Shown here: piece after piece, positions 39,027-46,314 of the stretch
Layout: each line of letters starts with the position of its first letter
How positions within the stretch are numbered: the first letter of the stretch is position 1
IMG/VR virus record: IMGVR_UViG_3300025120_000077
Span: 1-52,156 of that record
Reading direction: 5' to 3' (one strand)
Origin: a virus
Taxonomy: Duplodnaviria; Caudoviricetes
Length of the DNA: 52,156 bases
Made by a program: the position numbers and the translations under genes
Notes under the pieces: model-generated
Databases searched by the model: none
Told to the model about the DNA's origin: nothing
The model's input: only the letters and a program-made list of their open reading frames with translations

Positions 39027-39248
39027 TTAGTTTGTTAAATCTTGTACGAATAGTTTATCACATTTACATAAAACTATTCTTTGCATACAGTTACCAATTT
39101 TTTGCATCTCTCTTGTAGTGCTTTTATACTCTGTCGTGTTACATTCTTTACAACATTTCTTATATTCTTTTATTCCATTTAATTCGTGATGGATAACAAT
39201 ACTTGATGTGTTTCTGACTGCTTCACGCCACATTTTGTGTACATTCAT
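39027..39248 (-). CDS. Small Cys-rich (possible Zn-ribbon) protein
   Basis: CKEC...CKC. Confidence 0.55.
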   Translation of the reverse strand: MNVHKMWREAVRNTSSIVIHHELNGIKEYKKCCKECNTTEYKSTTREMQKIGNCMQRIVLCKCDKLFVQDLTN

Positions 39249-39249
39249 T

Positions 39250-39492
39250 TTATTTAAAGTTTATAAATTGTTGGTGTATGTACTCTTCAGGATCAGGAGA
39301 TAGAATATGTACTTCCGAATCGATATCGCCATCCTCGATGACTTTGGTCATTAGGCTTACATCATATCCCGTTGAGTCCATGATCGCTATCTCTTTGTTC
39401 TTGTTGTCATTGGTATACTCCCATACCATATAGCTATCCCCGTTAAAGGAAATAGCTTTTTCTATGACTTTTGTGTTAACTATTATTTTCAT
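39250..39492 (-). CDS. Hypothetical early protein
   Basis: Tightly packed ORF. Confidence 0.6.
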   Translation of the reverse strand: MKIIVNTKVIEKAISFNGDSYMVWEYTNDNKNKEIAIMDSTGYDVSLMTKVIEDGDIDSEVHILSPDPEEYIHQQFINFK

Positions 39493-39698
39493 TTGTACTT
39501 TATTATTTTGATTAAATTGTTTATCCTTCGCTTGGATAAAGGTCGTGCATATTCCAATAAAATTTTATCCATTTTTTCGTTCGATATATTACAGTAGTTC
39601 GTTGTTTTAAGGGTTGAACGATCCCATAATTTAATGGTCTTTTGTTTTGGATTTATTTTTATTTTAAAAAATGCTGACACTGTGTTGTGAGTTATCAT
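39489..39698 (-). CDS. Hypothetical early protein
   Basis: ATGA overlaps at both ends. Confidence 0.55.
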   Translation of the reverse strand: MITHNTVSAFFKIKINPKQKTIKLWDRSTLKTTNYCNISNEKMDKILLEYARPLSKRRINNLIKIIKYK

Positions 39699-39952
39699 AT
39701 TATATAATATTTTAGGTTTTTACGTTCTCGTTTGAATGAATCCTCTGCTTGACTTAAATATCCAAATTCATTTTCAATAAGGAAATTTCTATCTTCAATG
39801 TCTTCAAAATCATAGCCTTTAACAAAGATGTCATCTTCAGCCATACAATCTTTAAGGTCTCCATCATCAGTGCGTATAAATACCATTGCTTCAGCCCCAA
39901 TAATATCATTGTTTTTATTTAGTAATTGGTGTACTTCTAATGTATAAATCAT
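39695..39952 (-). CDS. Hypothetical acidic early protein
   Basis: ORF track; A-rich leader. Confidence 0.6.
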   Translation of the reverse strand: MIYTLEVHQLLNKNNDIIGAEAMVFIRTDDGDLKDCMAEDDIFVKGYDFEDIEDRNFLIENEFGYLSQAEDSFKRERKNLKYYII

Positions 39953-39970
39953 AATTATAGTTTTTATTGT

Positions 39971-40216
39971 TTATAGTAAATCATCTAAACGATCTAACAG
40001 ATCATCAAGTTCAGGAATATCGGCAGAAACATCACCATTGTGATAAAGTTCTTCATCAGACCCCTCCTCCGTTATTAACCTATCGCACCATCCATTAGAA
40101 TCACAAGTTCCATGAACAGATACTTCTACTTCTTTATTGTCATCCACTTGAGTGATTGCATGATAACCAACAGTTACTAATTCATCTCTCCATTCTGTGT
40201 CTTTAATAATTCTCAT
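39971..40216 (-). CDS. Highly acidic small early protein
   Basis: Rich in D/E, almost no Lys. Confidence 0.6.
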   Translation of the reverse strand: MRIIKDTEWRDELVTVGYHAITQVDDNKEVEVSVHGTCDSNGWCDRLITEEGSDEELYHNGDVSADIPELDDLLDRLDDLL

Positions 40217-40217
40217 T

Positions 40218-40712
40218 TTATTCTACTTTTAAATTAAACGTTTTTAGGTAATTGCCATTAAGAATGTTTTCCCCATTTTTAATAGCATCATCGATTATCT
40301 TTTGATATTCGGATGTGACCTCATCTACTCCCCACTTCTCAAATGTTTTGGGAATGCTTGTCTTGAATCCTCTTATCTCATAACTATGTGGTATACCAAT
40401 CAATACACCTTTCTTCTCATCCTTTTTCATGTATCCCATCGTCTTCAATTCATCCATTAATAATTCAAGATTTGTAGTCCATCCATACTCCTTATCATAA
40501 AGAGAATCCTTATTAATAGAATTGTAAATATCCTCGATACTTTGATTGTCGTAATTAGTGATCTTTAACTCACCACCATAGGAATCATCCCAACAATTAC
40601 AAATCTTCTTGCCATCAAAGTAGATGTCCCATTCATAAGAGGGTGCATCATGACCCCTCATCTCTTTTAAGTTTTTAGCTGATGCTCGTTTTAAAAATTC
40701 TTTTTTTAACAT
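40218..40712 (-). CDS. Hypothetical early protein (start MLKKEF)
   Basis: The ATG at 40712 follows a CAACAAAAATAATATT leader. Confidence 0.65.
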   Translation of the reverse strand: MLKKEFLKRASAKNLKEMRGHDAPSYEWDIYFDGKKICNCWDDSYGGELKITNYDNQSIEDIYNSINKDSLYDKEYGWTTNLELLMDELKTMGYMKKDEKKGVLIGIPHSYEIRGFKTSIPKTFEKWGVDEVTSEYQKIIDDAIKNGENILNGNYLKTFNLKVE

Positions 40713-40741
40713 AATATTATTTTTGTTGATTATGACCATTC

Positions 40742-40765
40742 TTTCGGATATTGAATCCTCATTAG
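40742..40765 (-). ncRNA. Degenerate hammerhead-like core (probably inactive)
   Basis: CUAAUGA-GGAU-UCAAU-AUCC-GAAA; G5 is replaced by A and stems I/III are not convincing. Confidence 0.3.
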
Positions 40766-41055
40766 ATATTTTGAATTAGCTTACTTTCATTGTAGAAACA
40801 ATCATCAGCATAATAACGTTCATCATGGACTGACTTACTTTCTACTAATCCAAACGATGCAATTGCTTCGACATTCTCAGGTATTTTATATTCATCTATG
40901 CACTCACCATCTTCCAACAGTATAACACTATATCCTACTATACTTTCAAGGTCGTTATATAATGTTTCTCTCACTACTTCATACTGAGCATTACCTTGAT
41001 CTTTAAAACCATCTTCAAGATAGGTTTTGAGTTTGTTTTCTGTTATTGTTTTCAT
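40762..41055 (-). CDS. Hypothetical acidic early protein
   Basis: ORF track; ATGA overlap with the upstream gene. Confidence 0.6.
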   Translation of the reverse strand: MKTITENKLKTYLEDGFKDQGNAQYEVVRETLYNDLESIVGYSVILLEDGECIDEYKIPENVEAIASFGLVESKSVHDERYYADDCFYNESKLIQNI

Positions 41056-41318
41056 TTTATTGTTGGTTTAAAAAAACTACTGAAATGATTTACTATCTCG
41101 AATGTAGTCTCAATGTTATTTAAATCATCCTTTAGAATCTCTTCTATACTATCATTGGTATATCGCATTACCTTTGTGGTGTAAAAGTCCTCAATCGCAT
41201 CCTCTGATGGATTGGTAGCCATAAACTCTCTGACCATACTTGGCAAATCTTTCTTCCAATTCGCCAATTCCCTTTGCTCTCGTTTTTGAAGAGAGCCATG
41301 TAAAATTTTGTGTGACAT
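41052..41318 (-). CDS. Hypothetical early protein
   Basis: Starts right after the leader of element B. Confidence 0.65.
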   Translation of the reverse strand: MSHKILHGSLQKREQRELANWKKDLPSMVREFMATNPSEDAIEDFYTTKVMRYTNDSIEEILKDDLNNIETTFEIVNHFSSFFKPTIK

Positions 41319-41339
41319 AATTTGTTGGTGTTAGTTAGT

Positions 41340-41394
41340 GACAATATTGTCGATGCGAGAGAGGGAATCGAACCCTCTCATGATCCAATCTCGC
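41340..41394 (-). ncRNA. Mini-tRNA-like element B plus 3' hairpin
   Basis: GCGAG-ATTGGATCATG-AGAGGG-TTCGATT-CCCTCT-CTCGC-ATC-GACA-ATAT-TGTC. Confidence 0.75.
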
Positions 41395-41400
41395 TAGTGA

Positions 41401-42354
41401 TTACTTACCTTGGATGTAAGCTACAATCTTCGTAGCTTGTTGCATCGCATATAGGCATTCTTTTGGCTTATCCTCTAAAGCCTTACACCATCCTTTGATA
41501 TAGGCAATGCTATTCTCCTTATCATCTTTTGGATCAAGTCCCAATAACCCTGAGATGTACATCGCTGATATCTCTGCAACCAATTCCTCCTTAGCATAGG
41601 TGTTATCACCCCAAAAGGATATCTCAGTTAGGCTTTTACGATCCATTCGATCTTTGTGACCGGTTGAATGGGCTAACTCATGAAACAGTACCTTATAGTA
41701 GGAATCAGAGTCAACAAACTTATTTAGCTTAGGCATATTCACTGTATCGGTTTCAACATTGTAAAATGCCCTATCTCCAAACAGATGACATACTACCAAT
41801 TTACCATCTCGATCTACATAGCTTTTGCTCAGTTGATCAGCTATCTCAATTGGCTTATTGTCAGCAGGAACATCAGCATCCAATACATGAGGAACAATGC
41901 CATTGCATTGATCAACATTGTATACTTGCCAATATCGGATTGAAAATGTTTTACGATATCTTAATTGCCTTTTGCCATTGATTACAATCTTTTCACTTTG
42001 ATTGATTTTTTTAACGTTTTTTGATGCTACATAACATTCTTTCTTAGCATCATAAAATCCTATCGTCCATCTGTAAACATCAGCAGTATTACCCTTTTCA
42101 CCTGATTTGATTGAACCACCTAATTCTCTACAATGATTTTCAGTTAACCATTGGTTATGCTCATAACCCTCAGCCATCATAACTGCATTGAGCATAAATA
42201 CATTGAATCCTTTGTAGTAGTATTTTTTGTTGTAACTCATAGGTTGATTCACATCTCCTGATTTCCATGGCATGAACCATTTCATCCCATCTCGCTTTAG
42301 TCCCTCTAAAACGGCATCATTAACTTTCTGAAAAATTTTGTCTTGGTTTGACAT
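41401..42354 (-). CDS. ardC: ArdC-like antirestriction protein (ssDNA-binding N-domain + zincin-like MPTase)
   Basis: WFMPW, YKGFNVFML, QWLT, VYNVDQ, LFHELAHSTGH and YAKEELVAE motifs; true start is MSNQDK at 42354. Confidence 0.9.
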   Translation of the reverse strand: MSNQDKIFQKVNDAVLEGLKRDGMKWFMPWKSGDVNQPMSYNKKYYYKGFNVFMLNAVMMAEGYEHNQWLTENHCRELGGSIKSGEKGNTADVYRWTIGFYDAKKECYVASKNVKKINQSEKIVINGKRQLRYRKTFSIRYWQVYNVDQCNGIVPHVLDADVPADNKPIEIADQLSKSYVDRDGKLVVCHLFGDRAFYNVETDTVNMPKLNKFVDSDSYYKVLFHELAHSTGHKDRMDRKSLTEISFWGDNTYAKEELVAEISAMYISGLLGLDPKDDKENSIAYIKGWCKALEDKPKECLYAMQQATKIVAYIQGK

Positions 42355-42375
42355 ATTTGTTGGTGTTTGTTGTTT

Positions 42376-42429
42376 GACATTATTGTCGATGCCTATCGGG
42401 GAATCGAACCCCGATACATCCAATTAGGC
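42376..42429 (-). ncRNA. Mini-tRNA-like element A plus 3' hairpin
   Basis: GCCTA-ATTGGATGTA-TCGGGG-TTCGATT-CCCCGA-TAGGC-ATC-GACA-ATAA-TGTC. Confidence 0.75.
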
Positions 42430-42435
42430 AGTTGA

Positions 42436-42678
42436 TTATTGATAGTAAGCTATCATATCATAGGTAGATGAATAAACCTTTTCACTCCCATTTAAACTTG
42501 GGATTCTCTCTACTTTTGCTATTTCTGTTATCTTCTCTCTAAATTTATCATGAAGTAATTTGTTTGGATTTTCTTGACCTACTATTGCTGATATTAAATT
42601 TGTCTCTAAATCATATCCATTGTAATAGGTAGATGTTTCGTCTGTGATTAGGTTTATTACTGTTGAAATTTTTTTCAT
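42436..42678 (-). CDS. Hypothetical early protein
   Basis: Tightly packed ORF. Confidence 0.6.
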   Translation of the reverse strand: MKKISTVINLITDETSTYYNGYDLETNLISAIVGQENPNKLLHDKFREKITEIAKVERIPSLNGSEKVYSSTYDMIAYYQ

Positions 42679-42680
42679 AA

Positions 42681-42866
42681 TTATTGTTTTTTTCTGTTGT
42701 TATATTCATTAGTTAATACCTGAAGAAATAAGAGATTTTCCTCTGTTAAATCATACTTGATTCTAAGGAGGATTTTTCTTTCGATCTCTTCCATAGTCAT
42801 ATTGTCTACTATCCTTTGGAAAATTTTTTGGTTAAACTCTTGTCTTTCTGTTGTTGAAATTTCCAT
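42681..42866 (-). CDS. Hypothetical early protein
   Basis: Tightly packed ORF. Confidence 0.6.
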   Translation of the reverse strand: MEISTTERQEFNQKIFQRIVDNMTMEEIERKILLRIKYDLTEENLLFLQVLTNEYNNRKKQ

Positions 42867-42868
42867 TG

Positions 42869-43174
42869 TTATTGTTTTTTGATTAATTTATTAAATGCTC
42901 TTTTGATGATCGATAGATCGTATTTTAGTTGATCGAATTGCCATTCGTTATTGACATTGTATCTCTTGTCGAATCCATATGCATGATACCCTTTGTCTTC
43001 ATGGATGTAAACGAATTGGTTTTTTACTTCAATTGGCTTAGTTAAGATCACAAAGGATTCGTAAGTACTACCTGCCATTGTTGTAGCAAGATGACCCGTT
43101 GAAAGTTCATGCTTTTCCACTATAGGTAGCATTTCATTGATTGCATTGATTCTGTTTTGGATTGCTTTTTTCAT
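42869..43174 (-). CDS. First gene of the early operon, hypothetical
   Basis: CAACAACAAAACACA leader directly after the ribozyme. Confidence 0.65.
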   Translation of the reverse strand: MKKAIQNRINAINEMLPIVEKHELSTGHLATTMAGSTYESFVILTKPIEVKNQFVYIHEDKGYHAYGFDKRYNVNNEWQFDQLKYDLSIIKRAFNKLIKKQ

Positions 43175-43195
43175 TGTGTTTTGTTGTTGATTAGT

Positions 43196-43255
43196 ATCTC
43201 AGATTTCGTCCTAATGGACTCATCAGATCAGCCATTCAGCTGATGATCTAAAGAT
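43196..43255 (-). ncRNA. Type III hammerhead ribozyme
   Basis: AUCU-U-UAGA-UC^-AUCAGC-UGAAUG-GCUGAU-CUGAUGA-GUCC-AUUA-GGAC-GAAA-UCUG-AGAU: full catalytic core, all three stems, AUC cleavage triplet. Confidence 0.93.
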
Positions 43256-43366
43256 GAAGATTTTTGCCTGTGATGTCCGTATAACCCTTAATTTGCATTT
43301 GCCTATCGAGTCAACTTGGCAGGAGAGAGGTCTCATTTCCTCCCAGCAATTTTTATGAAGTATTAC

Positions 43367-43374
43367 CAAACTTA
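43367..43374 (-). promoter_or_regulatory. Candidate -7 box (TAAGTTTG) of the early operon
   Basis: TAnnTTTG on the minus strand about 110 nt upstream of the ribozyme, with AT-rich sequence further upstream. Confidence 0.5.
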
Positions 43375-43807
43375 AAATGCTAATATATATTAAATTTATA
43401 TAACTACCAAATGAAACCTATATAAATGCATTTGATCAAATGTTGGAAATGTTGTTTTGTGATGCAGTTTGCAGGAAATCATACTGCACAAATCGATTGG
43501 ACTGATCGAGTTTACTTACTTTGATTATTGTTTCTGAATTGTTTTGGGGGTATTAAGTGAACGAAGTGAGCTTCCCCCCAAAGGGATTATTTTTGCGAGA
43601 TGTCAAACAAAAAACGGATCGACAAAGGATGCCCTCCAGTTGACAACCTTGTAACTACCTGATAGCCAGTCAGGTAAAACGTCAAAAAATCTGCAATGCA
43701 CCGATCATGTGTTACCCCACACCTAAGTTTTTTTTTGAGTTTTTTTTTTGGGCCAGCGCGCGTACAGTATAGTATAATACAACAGTTCCGTGTATCTAAT
43801 AAATTTG

Positions 43808-43815
43808 TATCTTTG
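43808..43815 (+). promoter_or_regulatory. -7 promoter box (TATCTTTG), leaderless
   Basis: Ends 3 nt before the ATG at 43819. Confidence 0.55.
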
Positions 43816-43818
43816 ATA

Positions 43819-43974
43819 ATGTCTTATAGGCTAGAGTTATACAACAGGTTACGGGTAGGGTTTGCATTAGGTTGGTCCTATTACTCTAGAGATAGGAAAC
43901 ATGACTGGTCAGAGCTGGTTATATATTTAGGTTTAATAAGTATAACAATAAAGGGATATGAAAAAAATGAGTAG
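43819..43974 (+). CDS. Small hypothetical protein (start MSYRLE)
   Basis: The start after the promoter box is preferred over the track's start at 43696. Confidence 0.55.
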   Translation: MSYRLELYNRLRVGFALGWSYYSRDRKHDWSELVIYLGLISITIKGYEKNE

Positions 43975-44167
43975 AGACAACACTATCAGCGATATGGTTG
44001 ACGGGTTGTATGTAAAGAACGGCAGGTTAATAAATGGAAGACCTGATAGTATGACAGGTATACAGCAGGCGGCAAATATGAAAAGGATCATTGATGAAGA
44101 TCGTAAGATTAAGATGATTGCAGATGGTATTGGTCGAGCTGAAATGATGAAGGGTTTGTTTGGATAA
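43958..44167 (+). CDS. Hypothetical protein
   Basis: ORF followed by a terminator. Confidence 0.6.
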   Translation: MKKMSRDNTISDMVDGLYVKNGRLINGRPDSMTGIQQAANMKRIIDEDRKIKMIADGIGRAEMMKGLFG

Positions 44168-44194
44168 TTTGTTGGTTAATTATCTTTATTGTGG

Positions 44195-44225
44195 AAAGGC
44201 TACTTTTAATCGGGTAGCCTTTTTT
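44195..44225 (+). terminator. Rho-independent terminator
   Basis: AAAGGCTACT-loop-GGTAGCCTTT followed by a T run. Confidence 0.75.
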
Positions 44226-44546
44226 ACGTTTAAAAACCAACATATTTATGTTAAAAAACCTGTAAATAGACAAGAATAAAAAATAAATAATTTTTCTTAT
44301 ATATATTTTATAGTAATTTAATGAGTCATCATTTTGTTTTTAGGATTGACAAACCGTTAATTATGTTAATTTTCAACATAAAGTATGTTAAATACATGTC
44401 GGTTATAGACCCTTAACTATTTGATAATCATTACTTATGTTGATTATGTTAATTCTTCTCGCATGAGAAAAGTAAAAATAATAATAAAAAGAAATAAATA
44501 TATATATAAGTAAAGGGGAAAAAAAACTAACATTCAACATTTTTTA

Positions 44547-44554
44547 TATATTTG
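44547..44554 (+). promoter_or_regulatory. -7 promoter box (TATATTTG) for groEL
   Basis: TAnnTTTG followed by an (AAATC)n leader. Confidence 0.6.
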
Positions 44555-44579
44555 TATAAATCAAATCAAATAAAATCAA

Positions 44580-46169
44580 ATGGATAATTCGGGAGGATAT
44601 TCGCCAAAGGATTTACATTTTGGCAAAGAAGCACAATCAAAACTTATTTCGGGTATTACAAAACTATCAGATGCTGTTAAGAGCACCTTGGGTCCAATGG
44701 GTAATACGGTGCTGATTGAAAGCCCGCATCACACCCACGGGATAACTGTAACAAAAGACGGCGTTACTGTAGCTAAGAGCATACAACTTTTGGATGCGGT
44801 AGAGAACCTATCGGTCCAAATGATGAAAGAGGCGGCAGATCGAACAGCCTCAGAAGCTGGTGATGGTACTACTACGGCAATTGTATTAACAGAGGCGCTT
44901 GTAAAAAAGGGCCTTGAGCTTATTGGGCCAAAGGACAATAAAACCATGATCTTGCGTGAAGTTGCGGCAATGAGTGAAGAGGTTATTGAGAAATTAAAAA
45001 AGCGTTCGATACCCGTCACCAAGGAGCTCCTACTTGATGTTGCTACGATATCATCCAACAATGACCCTGAGATCGGCCAGATTATATCACAGACCTATAA
45101 CCAGGTAGGAGAGAATGGGATCGTAACAGTTGAGAAAAGTCAAACCTCTGAGACCACCTTCGAGACCACACAGGGTATAAAGGTTGACCGAGGGTACTCA
45201 AGCCACCTGTTTATAAACAACCACAAGAAGGATGAGTGTATACTTGAGGATGTGTTTGTCTTGGTGTCTGACTCTGAGATAAACAATATACTCTCGATTG
45301 AGAATGTTCTAAAGCCAATTATTGCCGAGAACAAGAAATTATTAATAGTAGCGCCGTGTTCTCAAAACGTAACAAATACGTTGGCGGCCAACGTCATGAA
45401 GAACAATCTGAAACTTTGTACCATTATTCCTCCCAATTTTGGATACAAACGCCATGAGCTGATGCATGACATCGCTCTCTCGGTAGGTGCTACTTATTTT
45501 TCTGAAAGCACAGGTGATGACCTGAGCCTTATGACCTTCAAAGATTTAGGCAGAGCCAAAAAGGTGATCGTAGGGAAAGACAGCACGATCATACTCAAGG
45601 ACGATGACAAGGTCAGCAAGGAGGACATTGACAAAAGGGTTGAGGAGCTGATGGACGCCCATAAAATAACAAAGAAAAAAGCCGACAAGGATTTTATCAT
45701 GTCTCGCATCGCGTCCCTCACAGGCGGTGTAGGCGTTATCTATGTCGGCGGGAATACTGATCTGGAGCAGAAAGAACTCTATGATCGGGTGGACGATGCC
45801 GTATGTGCAGTACGATCTGCGCTAGTTGAAGGTGTTCTTCCTGGAGGAGGCCTTGCCTTGTGGGAGGCAGGTGACGATATTATATTTTCAAAATCGATCG
45901 CTCACGCGATTTTCGGTGAGGCACTTCTTGCCCCTTTAATCCAAATAATTGAGAACGCTGGGGTTGACTGGGCACCTTATGGCGCTGATGTAGGCCACGG
46001 GTTAGATGTAAAGTCTGGTAAGGTTGGTGACATGATTGAGATGGGGATCATAGACCCTCTGAAGGTTACGCGGACGGCGCTGCAAAATGCTGTGTCTGTC
46101 GCCACCACGATACTATCAACAAACGCCATAGTTACTATGGCTAGGAGTTATGAAACAAAAGATAAATGA
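44580..46169 (+). CDS. groEL: Phage-encoded chaperonin GroEL
   Basis: AVKSTLGPMG, VTKDGVTVAK, AGDGTTTA, GVLPGGG and GIIDPLKVTRTALQNA motifs. Confidence 0.97.
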   Translation: MDNSGGYSPKDLHFGKEAQSKLISGITKLSDAVKSTLGPMGNTVLIESPHHTHGITVTKDGVTVAKSIQLLDAVENLSVQMMKEAADRTASEAGDGTTTAIVLTEALVKKGLELIGPKDNKTMILREVAAMSEEVIEKLKKRSIPVTKELLLDVATISSNNDPEIGQIISQTYNQVGENGIVTVEKSQTSETTFETTQGIKVDRGYSSHLFINNHKKDECILEDVFVLVSDSEINNILSIENVLKPIIAENKKLLIVAPCSQNVTNTLAANVMKNNLKLCTIIPPNFGYKRHELMHDIALSVGATYFSESTGDDLSLMTFKDLGRAKKVIVGKDSTIILKDDDKVSKEDIDKRVEELMDAHKITKKKADKDFIMSRIASLTGGVGVIYVGGNTDLEQKELYDRVDDAVCAVRSALVEGVLPGGGLALWEAGDDIIFSKSIAHAIFGEALLAPLIQIIENAGVDWAPYGADVGHGLDVKSGKVGDMIEMGIIDPLKVTRTALQNAVSVATTILSTNAIVTMARSYETKDK

Positions 46170-46314
46170 TCCTCTTTTGTGTGAAGAGCAAGCAAATATA
46201 TTAGCAGAGATAATAGCCAGTAAATTAATAGTTGAGAAGCTTAGTAAATCAAAAAAAGGCAAGACTGTTTTTGGAGTAGTGCTTGAGATATTATCTGAAT
46301 ATAGAAGTTTATGA
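46150..46314 (+). CDS. 54-aa hypothetical protein between groEL and groES
   Basis: Hand-translated MKQKINDPLLCEEQANILAE...; overlaps the end of groEL and the start of groES (ATGA). Confidence 0.5.
   Translation: MKQKINDPLLCEEQANILAEIIASKLIVEKLSKSKKGKTVFGVVLEILSEYRSL

Noticed and set aside
42355-42423. N-terminal extensions given by the ORF track for ardC (also 38931-38993, 40713-40739 and 43696-43818)
   Set aside because: They run through RNA elements or promoter DNA; downstream ATGs have the typical A/C-rich leader or follow a -7 box.
38968-42429. Calling the TTCGATT elements real tRNA genes or attP sites
   Set aside because: They are only ~40 nt, with no D-stem, anticodon arm or CCA. The 5' strand covaries with the 3' strand in each copy, which a copied tRNA 3' end would not show, and no integrase is visible in the window.
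43240-43262. Plus-strand CTGATGA...GAAG as a second, antisense hammerhead
   Set aside because: It arises from the complement of the real ribozyme's stems; it lacks GAAA, the purine-pyrimidine pair closing stem II and a stem III.
43270-43350. HDV-like (theta) or twister ribozyme in the early leader
   Set aside because: Hairpins are present, but I could not build the nested pseudoknots or find the conserved catalytic motifs by eye.
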